DNA of 64,000 bases from an uncultured bacterium (GCA_963848965.1 CAWKFG010000001.1:1-64000); one strand, 5' to 3'. Counted from the stretch's first letter, positions 1 to 11,730 are shown. Notes: generated by a model not told the origin, from the sequence alone. Program-made: numbers and translations.

Positions 1-578
1 AGCAATGCGCGCTGTATACCCCTTACCGGCTCGCCCAATGACATCGTTGCATTGCACGTCATCGCAGGCGCGAATACAGCGGTCACACATAATGCAGGCG
101 TTGTGGTTGACCTGAATCACCGCCGAGGACATATCCTGCCCATTATCAAAGGGCCGGGCCGGAAAGCGTGGTGCTGTAACGCCTTGCTGGGCGGCCAGGT
201 CAAGAGTAAATTGCGCTTGCCGGTATAGGGCAATGCGTGTGCGGCCTGGCCATTGTCGGCTTTGGGATAATCCGCCAGCAGCAGTTCGGTGAGCATGCGG
301 CGCGACTTCTGCACTTTGTCACTCTGTGTATGCACCACCATGCCCTCCTCGGCCTGGCGAATGCAGGCAGCCTGCAGCACACGCGCCCCTTTGACTTCCA
401 CTACGCACATGCGACAGACAGCCACCGGTTGCAGCCTGGGGGAGTGGCAGAGCACGGGGAGGTCAATACCAGCGCCCTGGGCTGCATCGTACAACGTGGT
501 GCCAGCGGGGACGGTCACCTTCGTGCCATCAATCGTAACCGTTAGCGTTTGCACGACTGTCAGCGTAGCGTCAGACAT
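1..578 (-). CDS. NuoG/formate dehydrogenase alpha-like N-terminal Fe-S region; frameshift near ~200, runs off the window start
   Basis: 2Fe-2S motif LCH...CRMCVVEV...ACIR; a second frame at 1-120 reads NHNACIMCDRCIRACDDVQCNDVIGRAGKG (4Fe-4S). Confidence 0.8.
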
Positions 579-583
579 AATGA

Positions 584-2215
584 CTACCTCGTAATATAGC
601 GCAGAATATCGTCTTTAAAATATTTGATAACGGACAAGATAGGATTCGGCGCCGCCTGTCCTAAACCACAAATCGAGGTTAAGGCCATGGTGCTGGAGAG
701 CTCTTCGATGAGATCAAGATCAGCAGGCGTGCCTTCGCCCCGCACAATACCTTCGAGGAGCATGACAATCTTGTCGGAACCTACCCGGCACGGCACACAT
801 TTGCCACAGGACTCGTTGCGGAAAAAACGTCCGACGTTCAGGGCCAGTTGCAACATGCAGGTACCTTCCGCCACCGCCACCACCGCCCCGGAACCCAGCA
901 TGGAACCAGCCGCCGCCAGAGAACGGAAATCCAGCGGCGTCTGCACCATGCTGGCCGGCAAAAAGCCGGAGGACGCCCCCCCGGGCGCAAAGGCTTTCAG
1001 CGGTCGCCCCTGGCGTATGCCGCCAGCGCGTGCAAATAACTCGGCAGCCGTGATGCCCAGCGGGACTTCATACACGCCCGGCTCTTTGACATGCCCACTG
1101 ACCGCTAAAAATTTCAGGCCGCTGGCGCCATTCTTCCCCTGACTGGCCCACCAGGCCCCGCCTTTGAGAAGAATCCCAGGCACCATGGCAAAGGTTTCCA
1201 CGTTGTTAATCAACGTCGGTTGGGCAAACAGGCCATGCGTGCCAGGAAACGGTGGTTTATTGCGTGGCTCAGCCCTTTTGTCTTCCAGGGCTTCGAGCAA
1301 GGCCGTTTCCTCGCCGCAGATATACCCCCCTGGGCTGGCAAAAATTTCAAATTCCACCTGGTGTTGCGCCGAGCCCAGAATATGTGGCGATAAGATGCCC
1401 TCTTCGCAACGCTGGCGTAAGGTCTTATGCACAATCTCGCGCTCGCGGTCGTATTCGTGGCGGAGGTAGAGAATGGCTTTGTGCGCGCCAACGACCAGGG
1501 CCGCTAACGCCATGCCTTCCAGCACCAGATCAGGCATGGTTTGCAAAATAACGCGGTCTTTAAAGGTGCCAGGCTCACTTTCATCAGCGTTACACACGAC
1601 GTATTTGACGTTGCCAGGGGCGTTGCGCACCAACTCCCATTTCACCCCTGTGGGGAAACCGGCGCCTCCCATACCGCGCAAATTACTCTGTTTGAGTTCG
1701 TTCAGGATAGACTCGACATTGCCCTGTTGCACCAGACGCCGCAGGGCTTCATAGGCTGGCGTGCCGCTATAGGGATTACAGACAAATGGCCCATCTGGCG
1801 GCGACAGACGTTGCCGTCGCAAGGTCTGCCCCGCAGCCAGGGTGCGCAGCATTTCGGCAACGCGCTGCCCACTCACCCTGGTATAGCACTGATCGTTGAT
1901 AGTAATCGCTGGCGCCCCGTCGCATTGGCCTAAGCATGAGGTGGGCACAATGCGCACGTCAGTGACTCCAGCCGCCGCGGCTGCAGTGTGGATAATGTCC
2001 TGCAGGTCGGTGGCGCCGCGCAAAAAGCACGACATATCGCTGCAGACTTTCACCTCCACTGCTGGCGGTGGTTGCAAGCGAAAATGCGGATAAAAACTCG
2101 CCACGCCGTGCAGACGATACAGTGGAACGTTGAGGCGACGCGCTAACGCCTGCAGTTCGGTGGCTGGCAAATACCCATGGGTATTTTGCATGGTCTTGAG
2201 TTCGTGAATCAGCAT
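584..2215 (-). CDS. NuoE-NuoF fused NAD(H)-binding flavoprotein subunit (formate dehydrogenase beta/diaphorase type)
   Basis: VASFY, CSDMSC, SCLGQCD (NuoE); LRGMGGAGFPTG, CNADESEPGTFKDR, YICGEETAL, ESCGKCVPCR, SICGLG (NuoF). Confidence 0.9.
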   Translation of the reverse strand: MLIHELKTMQNTHGYLPATELQALARRLNVPLYRLHGVASFYPHFRLQPPPAVEVKVCSDMSCFLRGATDLQDIIHTAAAAAGVTDVRIVPTSCLGQCDGAPAITINDQCYTRVSGQRVAEMLRTLAAGQTLRRQRLSPPDGPFVCNPYSGTPAYEALRRLVQQGNVESILNELKQSNLRGMGGAGFPTGVKWELVRNAPGNVKYVVCNADESEPGTFKDRVILQTMPDLVLEGMALAALVVGAHKAILYLRHEYDREREIVHKTLRQRCEEGILSPHILGSAQHQVEFEIFASPGGYICGEETALLEALEDKRAEPRNKPPFPGTHGLFAQPTLINNVETFAMVPGILLKGGAWWASQGKNGASGLKFLAVSGHVKEPGVYEVPLGITAAELFARAGGIRQGRPLKAFAPGGASSGFLPASMVQTPLDFRSLAAAGSMLGSGAVVAVAEGTCMLQLALNVGRFFRNESCGKCVPCRVGSDKIVMLLEGIVRGEGTPADLDLIEELSSTMALTSICGLGQAAPNPILSVIKYFKDDILRYITR

Positions 2216-2962
2216 GGTACGGTTATCCCCGCTGGAGAAGATCAGGGTTACATGGCGCAACCTTACCCTGCTTCCGTGCCAGCGTCAACTTTTGTCCTGC
2301 AAGAGAAGCACCACACCGTATTTGCGCAGGCGTGTCAGTCCTGGCCTATGGCTTGCGGCTGCGGAAGCTTCGAGCTGTGAAAAGACCTGCTTTACTCCCT
2401 TACGCCCTTGTGGCAGAGGGAATCGCCGTGCCGGTCTGCTCTGACGTGTTCTGCAAGCTTAGCTTGAGGCATATGGACGGCCCGGTAGCGCCCCCGAAGG
2501 CCAGCCCGCAGGCAGCAGTGTCAGCCATATGCGCCCGAAATGATAGAAAAATCTTTACAAAGTCGATGGCGAGGGATATGCTTTTTTCAAGATTTTTCTT
2601 TAGAAAATCGACGCCAGCTATCAACTCAGGAGGTGGATTATGCCGCCGCCAGGCGCGCGTGTCAGGGCACGGGCAGCGAGACAGTACGCCGTAGCGACAA
2701 GCAGCAGGGCTCCGCAGGTGTGGGGCCTATACAGCAGCCTGGGCGCGTCCCGGCTTGTCATCGGCATGGCATACAGGTGAGCACGCCAGAAGGATGAGGA
2801 GCCAACTCGGTGTGGAAAACTCCCCACTTTCTGGCGGTATGCTTTTACCACAAAAGAGTTTCAGCCTTAGCGTATACAATGACACGATTTTTCCCTACCC
2901 TTGATCTCCATAGCAATGCGTCAGCATTAGGCGGTCTCACATTGCATACAAAAGGAGGCGTT

Positions 2963-3358
2963 ATGGCCATCAGTAAAGAGGCAAAGAGTCTTGGCATGCC
3001 CTGGGAACAAGAATACGGCTACGCTCAGGGGGTGAAAGTTGACGACACCATCTATCTCTCTGGGCAAGTGAGCCACGACGACCGGGGTACTATCCTCGGC
3101 CTCGGCGACATGGAGGTCCAGATGCGCCAGGCATATGCCAATGTCCAGAAAATGCTTGCGCAGTATGGCGCCACGCTGGCCAATGTGGTGGACGAGGTAC
3201 TCTTCGTGACCGATATAGAGGCGGCCTTTGCCGCCGCCGTCAAGGTCCGCCAGGAGGTGTTTTCCGGGCGCCCGGTCGTCGCCAGCACCCTCGTGCAGAT
3301 TCAGCGTCTGGCGTTCCCGGAGTTGATGATCGAGATCAAGTGCATTGCCAAGATATAG
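2963..3358 (+). CDS. RidA/YjgF family protein
   Basis: YAQGVKVDDTIYLSGQ ... LAFPELMIEIKCIA; AAGGAGG Shine-Dalgarno upstream. Confidence 0.9.
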   Translation: MAISKEAKSLGMPWEQEYGYAQGVKVDDTIYLSGQVSHDDRGTILGLGDMEVQMRQAYANVQKMLAQYGATLANVVDEVLFVTDIEAAFAAAVKVRQEVFSGRPVVASTLVQIQRLAFPELMIEIKCIAKI

Positions 3359-3398
3359 AGGACGGCGCTCAAGCGGAGTACCGCAAGGAGGCAACGCT

Positions 3399-3842
3399 AT
3401 GGCAGCAGGTAAGCAGGACAGGCAGCAGATTGCGGCAGTCCTTGAGCAGTATCGCCGTGGGTTTGCCACCCTGGACGTCGAGGGGCTTGCAGCCATCTGG
3501 GACCAGGACTACGACCATATCCTCTCTATTCCGCAGGAAGCGGCTCAGCCCGTGCGGGGCTGGGCCGGGGTCGCACAATACTACCAAAGGGTCGCCGGGT
3601 TGTTCGCACGGGTCAAGACCATGACGGTGAGCGACGTGTCGGTGGATGTGTTGGGTGAGGTAGCTTACGCTTTTTGCAGCTTCCACTTTGAGGGCGAGAT
3701 GCAGGGACAGCGTCAGCCTCACATTGCTGATGGACGGAACACTTTTATCTTGCGCCGCACGAGCGGGACGTGGAAGGTGATTCACTACCATGAGTCTCGT
3801 CCTGGCGACATCTCGCTGACCGAGGAAGGAGGATCCGAATGA
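3399..3842 (+). CDS. NTF2/SnoaL-like family protein
   Basis: GRNTFILRRTSGTWKVIHYHES; AAGGAGG Shine-Dalgarno. Confidence 0.85.
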   Translation: MAAGKQDRQQIAAVLEQYRRGFATLDVEGLAAIWDQDYDHILSIPQEAAQPVRGWAGVAQYYQRVAGLFARVKTMTVSDVSVDVLGEVAYAFCSFHFEGEMQGQRQPHIADGRNTFILRRTSGTWKVIHYHESRPGDISLTEEGGSE

Positions 3843-4471
3843 CACACGCCTCATCTCCAACGATTCAGGTGGCAGGGCTATGCGGTAGTCTCCGCCAGGG
3901 TAGTTTTGCCAGACTGGCGTTGCAGGTGGCGCTTGCAGGGGCCAGAGAGGCCGGCGCCCAGACGCGCCTGATCGACTTGCGTGAGTATCAGCTGATCTTT
4001 TGTGACGGCAAGGAGGATGAAAGCGGCTATCCCGCAGATGTCTTTACACTGCGCCAGGCTGTCCGGGCGGCCCAGGGGCTCATTCTCGCCACACCGGAAT
4101 ACCATGGCGGCTACAGCGGCGTCCTCAAGAACGCCCTCGACCTCATGGGATTCGATGAATTCGAGGGTAAGATGCTGGGGTTGGTGGGCGTCTCCGGCGG
4201 CACCATGGGCGCCTTTGGGGCGCTGAACAGTTTACGTGCCGTTGGTCGAGCGCTGCACGCCTGGGTGATCCCCGAACAAGTGTCGATTCCTGAAGCGTGG
4301 AAGGTATTCGACCAGTCAGGGAGCCTGCAAGATGGCGACCTGGAGAAGCGCCTCAAGGAAGTCGGGCGCCAGGTGGCCCGTTTTGCGTATCTGCATACCT
4401 CGGAACAAGCCCAGGAATTTCTCAGAGCCTGGGAAGGCGCTCCGGTAAATCCCGGGGGTGCCAGGGATTAG
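3839..4471 (+). CDS. NADPH-dependent FMN reductase
   Basis: GSLRQGS, TPEYHGGYSGVLKNALD; ATGA overlap with the upstream gene. Confidence 0.9.
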   Translation: MTHASSPTIQVAGLCGSLRQGSFARLALQVALAGAREAGAQTRLIDLREYQLIFCDGKEDESGYPADVFTLRQAVRAAQGLILATPEYHGGYSGVLKNALDLMGFDEFEGKMLGLVGVSGGTMGAFGALNSLRAVGRALHAWVIPEQVSIPEAWKVFDQSGSLQDGDLEKRLKEVGRQVARFAYLHTSEQAQEFLRAWEGAPVNPGGARD

Positions 4472-4599
4472 AAACGACAGAAAGATGGCACAGACGATGC
4501 AGTCCGGAGCCAGACAACACACCATTCAGGCATGGTTAGATACAGCCCTGCTCTTTCTACCGCGCCTGCTCAAGCCAGAACAGCAAATCGGTATGCAGG

Positions 4600-4840
4600 T
4601 CATACATGGCTAGGGGCTCCTTCTGTGTCCAATAACGGCTCCTCAATATCGACGTCGTTCTGCAGCAGGGCGACCCCGATCTGATGAAAAGCTCGTAAGA
4701 TGTTGGTCCGGGTGAGCAAGCCGACCACCTGGTGCTTCTCGACCACCGGCAGCGCCCCGATCTTGAACCGGAGCATGCGGCCAATCGCCTCATGCACCAG
4801 GCGGTCCGGAGCGGTGCTCACGACAAAGTGGGTCATCACC
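4600..4840 (-). pseudogene. C-terminal fragment of a CBS-domain protein, cut by the IS end
   Basis: VMTHFVVSTAPDRLVHEAIGRMLRFKIGALPVVEKHQVVGLLTRTNILRAF begins exactly at the IS inverted repeat. Confidence 0.75.
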
Positions 4841-6253
4841 CATAGGCGCGAACTTAAGGGAGATTTTAAAGTCATCCTACCTCATGCGGCATTGTCCTCC
4901 AGAAGCTCCCACGCGGGATTCCGCCCGGCCAGCCACGCACGGACGGCGGTTTCCTGATGTGCACGCCGACGCGGGCGGCTGCACAGGAAGCGGCGTAAGC
5001 GGGGGAGACAGGTCCGGAGCCGAGCCAACGACCACCGATGCTGCACCTGCTGCCGTAGCGTCTCCAGGCCCAATCCCACCAGCGACCACGTACTGACGAC
5101 GAGTCGCCCGTCCGGGTGCGTGTCCGGGTGGGTACTCGATGGCCCGCTCGGGTGCGCCGGGGGTAAGAGCGCCCGCAGCTCCGCCACGATCCCGTCCTGC
5201 AAAGCCCAGGCAACGAGCAGAGCCCGTATCGTCGCTTCGACCGTCGTGCGGTGGGTGCTGCGGAGTTGGTTGAAACGGAGGAGTTGTTTCATCCGTTTAA
5301 AAACCAGTTCCACTTGCCACCTGGCCCGATACAGCCGTAACACGTCGCTCAGCGGCCAGCCAGCGGCCAAGGTGGTCGCCACCAGGACCCAGTCGGCCAG
5401 GGCCACCATGGCGACTGACGGGGTCCGCCCATGCTTCTGGGCCTTCTGGTACGTGCGCTGGCGTGCCCGCGCCGCCGCCTCGGGCGGCAGGCGGGCCGCG
5501 AGCACGCGGACCGCATAGCGCTGCCCGTCATGGACACACCAGCCTTGCCACTCCTGCTGGGCCGCGCTCGCCCGGTACCCATAGCCATTGTCCACCACCG
5601 CGATATCGTCCGGCTGCAGCCTGAAGTGGGCGAGGCGTTCGGCGGTGTGCTGATCGGTCACCACGACCTCGTCCATACGGCCAGCGGTCAAGTCGTAGGC
5701 GAAATGGACCCGCCAGTCGTCGCCCGTGCCGCCTGGGTGCCGCAGACGGGTGGCATCGATCAGGCGGACCCGGCGAGCGCCCGACGCTGCGGCGCCCGCT
5801 GGCGGGCGTGGTGCCGCAATCAGTGCGCCCAGGAGCCACAGCAGCCAGGCGTTGGAGGCGCGGAGGCGCTTGCGCCACGCGGTCTCCGAAATGTCGGCGA
5901 GACCGATCAACACGGCCCACGCGCCGAGGCGGCGTGTCGACAGTGCCCCCAAGACGTAGGCGAGCACGGCCCGCAGCAGGTCTGAGGGGGTCGCCACGCC
6001 GCGGACGCGCTGGAAGGCTTTGAGCGCACGGGCCTGGGCGGCCAGGGCAGGCGGCAGGCGCGGGACTACCTCAGTCGCCCAGGTGTCGCCCACCAAGGAT
6101 ACAAGTTGTCCTGTCGCCGTAAGATCAATATGATAAAGGGGGGTCAACATAGGTTTCTCCTCTGGAGGGATGAAGATTCGCAACTCCACCCTACCACAAG
6201 AGAGCTATGTTGGCCTTATTTCAATAGTTTAAGTGTTTAAGTTCGCGCCTATG
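4841..6253 (-). mobile_element. IS4-family insertion sequence with IS231-subgroup-like ends
   Basis: Perfect 17-bp terminal inverted repeats CATAGGCGCGAACTTAA (4841-4857) and TTAAGTTCGCGCCTATG (6237-6253) enclose a DDE transposase. Confidence 0.85.
4882..6150 (-). CDS. IS4-family transposase, possibly with an internal in-frame deletion
   Basis: LIDAT, VVDNGY and the YREK signature LYRARWQVELVFKRMK. Confidence 0.85.
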   Translation of the reverse strand: MLTPLYHIDLTATGQLVSLVGDTWATEVVPRLPPALAAQARALKAFQRVRGVATPSDLLRAVLAYVLGALSTRRLGAWAVLIGLADISETAWRKRLRASNAWLLWLLGALIAAPRPPAGAAASGARRVRLIDATRLRHPGGTGDDWRVHFAYDLTAGRMDEVVVTDQHTAERLAHFRLQPDDIAVVDNGYGYRASAAQQEWQGWCVHDGQRYAVRVLAARLPPEAAARARQRTYQKAQKHGRTPSVAMVALADWVLVATTLAAGWPLSDVLRLYRARWQVELVFKRMKQLLRFNQLRSTHRTTVEATIRALLVAWALQDGIVAELRALLPPAHPSGPSSTHPDTHPDGRLVVSTWSLVGLGLETLRQQVQHRWSLARLRTCLPRLRRFLCSRPRRRAHQETAVRAWLAGRNPAWELLEDNAA

Positions 6254-7356
6254 GGGTAACCCCTCCCCGTCCAAAGCCGCGGCGAGATCAGCCAGGACCC
6301 CAGCGGGCGGGGCATGGCGGAGACGGTGGCGGGCCGCCTCGAACCAGCGGCGGGCCTGCGTGGTCCGCCCATCGAACCAGGCCGCCGCCCCCTTCCACAG
6401 GTGCTGCGCGGCGTGATAAAAATCCAGGACCCCCGTCGCATAGGCGGTAAAACACTCCTCAAACACGCGCCACAACCCCCGCGCGCCATCACTGAGCCAG
6501 ACCACCCGGGGCGCGTGTCGTGAGGCCCTGGCGGACGGCTGCGAGCCACAGACGCGACTTGAGCGCCTCGATGTTCCCCAGGACCGCCACCAGCCGGCGC
6601 TGATGCAGGCGGGTCACGACCTGCCCGGCCCGGGTGCGATGCTGTCCCAAGCGGGCGAGAATCCCCACTTTGACTTCACGCCAGGTGGTCTTGCCCTTGG
6701 GCGTGCCCGCCTCAGGCCGGAGGGGCACCATCACCCCATCAGCCCCGAGCAACAAGGGCATGGCGGCATGCTCGGGGGCCAGCGGCTCCTCCGGCGGCAG
6801 CGCCCCGGTGGCGAGCGCGTCGAGGTGCGCCTGGAGCGTGGCCATGGCCCGCTGGCCCGCCGCTTGCACCCACCCCCACACGGCCTGGGGGCTCACCAGC
6901 CGTCCACTGTACCAGCCGAGCAACGTCGCCGCCGTGGCAAACGGCACAAACACGGCCAAGGCACACCCCAGGGCCTGGAGCTCCCCGCTGGTCCGCTGAT
7001 GAGGCGACACTCCCAGTTCTGCATCCAAGGGGGCGACTTGCGGGAGATGTGACAGCCCCGCGGACACCGTCCGACCCGGCGCCGCCACTGCGAGCGGCCC
7101 AAACAGGCTGGTGACTTGGCGTTGACAAAAACCTTTACTCTCGGAGGCACGCTCCACAGACCGGGCAGGGGGGCCAGGAGGTCGGGCGCTGGGCGCGTTC
7201 CGCCAGCACCGATTCGACCACATGGATGGCCAGGAGGCGGGCCAACGGCCACACGGCGACGAGCAATGCCGTGAGCGTGGGAGCTTCGTCAACCGCACGG
7301 AGCAGCGGTTGCAAAGACGGCTCATGGTCGCGTATGATGTCAGAGAGGCATAGCAT
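6254..7356 (-). pseudogene. ISKra4-like transposase, frameshifted and truncated by the IS4 element
   Basis: Fragments across three frames: CPVCG; GADGVMVP...WREVKVG; WLSDGARGLW...LDFYHAAQHL. Confidence 0.75.
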
Positions 7357-7428
7357 CGGCAATCGTCCTCCTTTGGAAACCTTGGCAAGACCTCTCTCTC
7401 CTACGTCCCCTACTTTTTACTGTGGTAA

Positions 7429-8184
<756 letters not shown>

Positions 8185-8188
<4 letters not shown>

Positions 8189-8457
8189 GCCGGGCAAGCA
8201 TCGACATCGCCTACTTGCGCCGTCACAACTTGATCATCTTTGAGTGCATCAGTGGCAGTAAGGCGTATGGCACAGAGGTGCCGGAGTCTGACACGGATAT
8301 GAAAGGCGTGTTCGTGTTGCCCAAAGACATATTCTACGGGCTGGAGTATGTGGAACAGGTGAACAACGCTACGCACGACGTGGTGTTTTATGAGCTCAAA
8401 CGTTTCGTCGATTTGCTCGTGAAGAATAACCCCAATCTGCTGGAACTGCTCAATGTA
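8185..8457 (+). CDS. Second RlaP-type nucleotidyltransferase, N-terminal part only (cut at a junction)
   Basis: ECISGSKAYGTEVPESDTDMKGVF...YELKRFVDLLVKNNPNLLELL. Confidence 0.8.
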
Positions 8458-8655
8458 TGAATGCCCGGAGGCCGTGGCAGACATTACAGAAGGCGATGAG
8501 ATCGAAGTAAATCTTTCCACAGGCGAAATCTTAAATGGATCAGCGGGCATCAATACCAGGCACGTGCTCTGCCAGATTTTGTTTTGAAGATCGCAGAAGC
8601 GGGCGGTATCGTCAACTTCCTCAAATCGCATGATATGGAGGAATTGCTTGTATAA
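8458..8655 (+). CDS. C-terminal fragment of homoaconitase/isopropylmalate dehydratase small subunit (frameshifted)
   Basis: ECPEAVADITEGDEIEVNLSTGEI ... LPDFVLKIAEAGGIVNFLK; lies directly upstream of lysX. Confidence 0.75.
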
Positions 8656-8723
8656 CCCAGCAACCGACGGAGTTAAAGCTCTGTGTCTGTCAACTCTACT
8701 TTGGCAAACTAAAAGGAGAAACC

Positions 8724-9572
8724 ATGATTCGCATTGGCTTTTTATATACACGCCTGCGTGTGGAAGAGAAATATCTGCTGGAGGAACTTGGCAGACACAA
8801 CGATGTAGAGATCGTTCGCATCAATGATGGAGATCGGTTCTTTGATATCAATGGACTGCCCGAACCAGTGGATGTGCTGTTTGAGCGTTCCATTTCCTAC
8901 TCACGCGGACTATACATTTCACGCATTTTTGAAGCGCACGGTATCCCCGTGGTGAATTCATCCCTTGTGGCGGAGCGTTGTGGCGACAAGTACATCACCA
9001 GTCAAATTCTCGCAACGAACGGAATTCCAACTCCCAGGGTATTGATGGCATTCGACGAGGAGTTGGCTTTGCGGGCAATTGAAACGATGGGCTATCCCTG
9101 TGTAATGAAACCCGTGGTCGGTTCATGGGGACGTCTGCTGGCGAAAATCGAGAATCGTGAAATGGCAGAGGCACTGATCGAACACAAAGCGAGCCTGGGA
9201 AGTCCATCATCAAGTGTTTTACATTCAGGAATACATCGACAAACCTGGGCGCGACATCCGAGCCTTCGTCGTGGGCGATGAAGTGATTTGTGCCATCTAT
9301 CGCTCTTCAGAAAACTGGATCACAAATACTGGCGCGGTGGGGGTTGCCACAAATTGTCCGGTTACGGAGGAAATCGCGGAGGTGTGTCGACGCGCCGCGC
9401 AAACCGTCGGCAGAGGCTTACTGGCGTTCGATCTGTTTGAAACAGAAAACGAACTCACAATCAATGAGATTAATCACACGATGGAATTTCGGAACACTAT
9501 TGAGACACCGGTGTCAACATTCCACAAAGAATGATCGAATATGTCCTGGCACACGTGGCGATCGAGGTCTAG
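8724..9572 (+). CDS. lysX: LysX/ArgX RimK-family ATP-grasp ligase (frameshifts at ~9210 and ~9510)
   Basis: [53 protein letters not shown]. Confidence 0.85.
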
Positions 9573-9716
9573 GATGAACGCTCGGAAGGCCGTTGTATAA
9601 GTCTTTTGAGTCACAGAGTCGTAGAGCGTTGTGAGAATTTTCTCCAATGGCGGAGTGTGCTCTGTGGCTTGGAAGATCCTTTACCCAAGTTTCGACGCTC
9701 TCTGGAAAATTGCCTG

Positions 9717-9745
9717 TTGACTAGACAAATACATCGGATTAGAAT
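9717..9745 (+). promoter_or_regulatory. Sigma70-type promoter upstream of purL
   Basis: TTGACT-N17-TAGAAT. Confidence 0.5.
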
Positions 9746-9759
9746 ACCGACAAATTCAG

Positions 9760-10450
9760 ATGCCCATTCATAAATTTCTTAGTCATAATAAAACCAACGA
9801 CCCAAGAAACAGAGGCCATCTAAAAGATGCTCCACACGCTTGGGTTTTGGCACCTGAAGAGCATTCAGGTGCAGGACCTCTACTTTTATCGAGGGAACTG
9901 TCGCACAAGACTCGCAGCAGTTGGCTCTCAATCTTTTAAGCGACCCTGTAACACAGTCTGTTTCGTGGATCGAATTGTCATCAGACGAGACGGCCCTTTT
10001 CTCAGCCTGAGGGATGAATTCCATAATCCTGGAAATTGCCCTTCGCCCTGGTGTTACCGATCCTGTTGCCGAGCAACTTGTCCGCGCTGCACATGAACTT
10101 GGGCTGAATGGAGTTCAGCGTGCCGCTACCGGTCAGCGTTTTGTTTTGTGTTTGGATGAAAACGCAGATCCCACATCCACCTCGCAGTCCATTGCAAAAA
10201 GTTTGCTGGTGAACAGTGTTATCCAACATTGGACCCTCGGTGAGATCACACCGTCGTTTCCGGAGCAAGCCGCATCGAGCGGGACTGTAAGAGAGGATTC
10301 CAATTCGCAGTCTATCTGATGATCAATTGCTGGCGCTCTCCAAAGATCGCCGCGCCGCGTTGGACCTGGGGGAGATGCATGCCATTCAGAATTATTTCAA
10401 TCAGGTAGAGCGCGACCCAACCGATGTTGAGTTCGAGACCATCGCCCAGA
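9760..10450 (+). CDS. purL: FGAM synthase PurL N-terminal region, frameshifted and truncated
   Basis: EIALRPGVTDPVAE...NSVIQ; LDLGEMHAIQNYF...RDPTDVEFETIAQ, which stops just before the expected TWSEHC. Confidence 0.8.
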
Positions 10451-11730
10451 TTAAAGAGATGCTTGCTTTAAGAAAACCTGCAGGAACTATAAGCTACTTG
10501 TGGAATAATGCATATAAAACTGCTTATATCCAAAAGGTCGTCAAAGGTGGTGTTACGTATATCTTAGGTTCAGGTTTTTACCCAGAATCTGATGAATTTG
10601 TTACTAAGCGCCTTGTAAAGACAGCAGTTGCTTATTTTAATCAAAATGGAAAAGAGGCCACGTTTGCTCTTATTAACAACCCAAAAGGGCCCTTTACTAA
10701 GGGAGATATTTATATGGCAGCATATGATTTCAATGGAGTCACCTTAGCTCATGGACAAAATGCTGCTCTTGTAGGACAAAATCGTATCGACGAAGTTGAT
10801 TCACGTGGTAAACCGCTTATCAAAGAACTTATTGAAGTGGCACGCACTAAGGGTGGAGGATGGGTCGATTATTATTGGAGAAATGAATTTAAAAGAGGAT
10901 ATGTTGAACGTGTTATCGATCCTAAAACTAAAAAACCATATCTTATTACGGCAGGATATTATCCTAATATTACTTTACGAGTAGTACAAGGTTATGTAAA
11001 AAGAGCAATTACGTTTCTTAAGGCAAATGGAAGTAAAGTTGCATTTGCAGAATTTTCAAACCAAGTAGGGCAATTTGCTCGAGGAGGACTTGGTATAATA
11101 GTTTTTGATTACTCTGGTAAATGTTTGGCTAATGGAGAAAATCCCGGCTTTGTAGGACAAAATCTTCTTAAGGCTACTGATACATCAGGTAAGTTTTATG
11201 TACGAGAAATGATTAGATTAGCACAACGATATGGAAAAGGATTCGTATCATTACAGGATTATAATGCTCATGCTATCTTATATATTGAAGGAGTAGAGGT
11301 TCCAGACGGTAAGTTTGTTATAGGAGCTATGTATTTTCCTGATTCAAAAGTACAATCTACTCAGACGTTAGTTAATAGAGCAGTACGAGCACTTCGTGAA
11401 AGAACTGCTGCAGAAGCATTTCATGCATTTTCTAATCGTTCTGGTGAATACTACCAAGGAGATTTATACCTCTTTGCCTATGATAGTAAAGGTACTCGGC
11501 TTGTCAATGGTGCTCAAACTTCACAAACTTGGCGCAACTTTTTAAGAAGTACCGACCAAGAGGGCAAATCTGTTGTGGGCGATATTATTGCGACAGCTGT
11601 CAATGGTGGAGGCTGGATAGAATATAAAACACGTAATGCTACACGCCGAGTGTATACAAAAGCTATAGAAAAAGCTCTTGAAGGCGGTGATGTAAGGACA
11701 TTTATTGTAGGAACTGGTTACTTTATGTAG
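10451..11730 (+). CDS. Tandem Cache-domain protein, 5'-truncated
   Basis: Three complete repeats like AVAYF..NG.EA.FA.....G.F..GD.Y...YD..G...GGGWVDY...GYY plus one partial repeat. Confidence 0.8.

Noticed and set aside
10327..11730. 467-aa ORF as a novel PurL-Cache fusion
   Set aside because: The break falls inside a conserved PurL motif and coincides with a composition shift, so it is most likely a junction artefact
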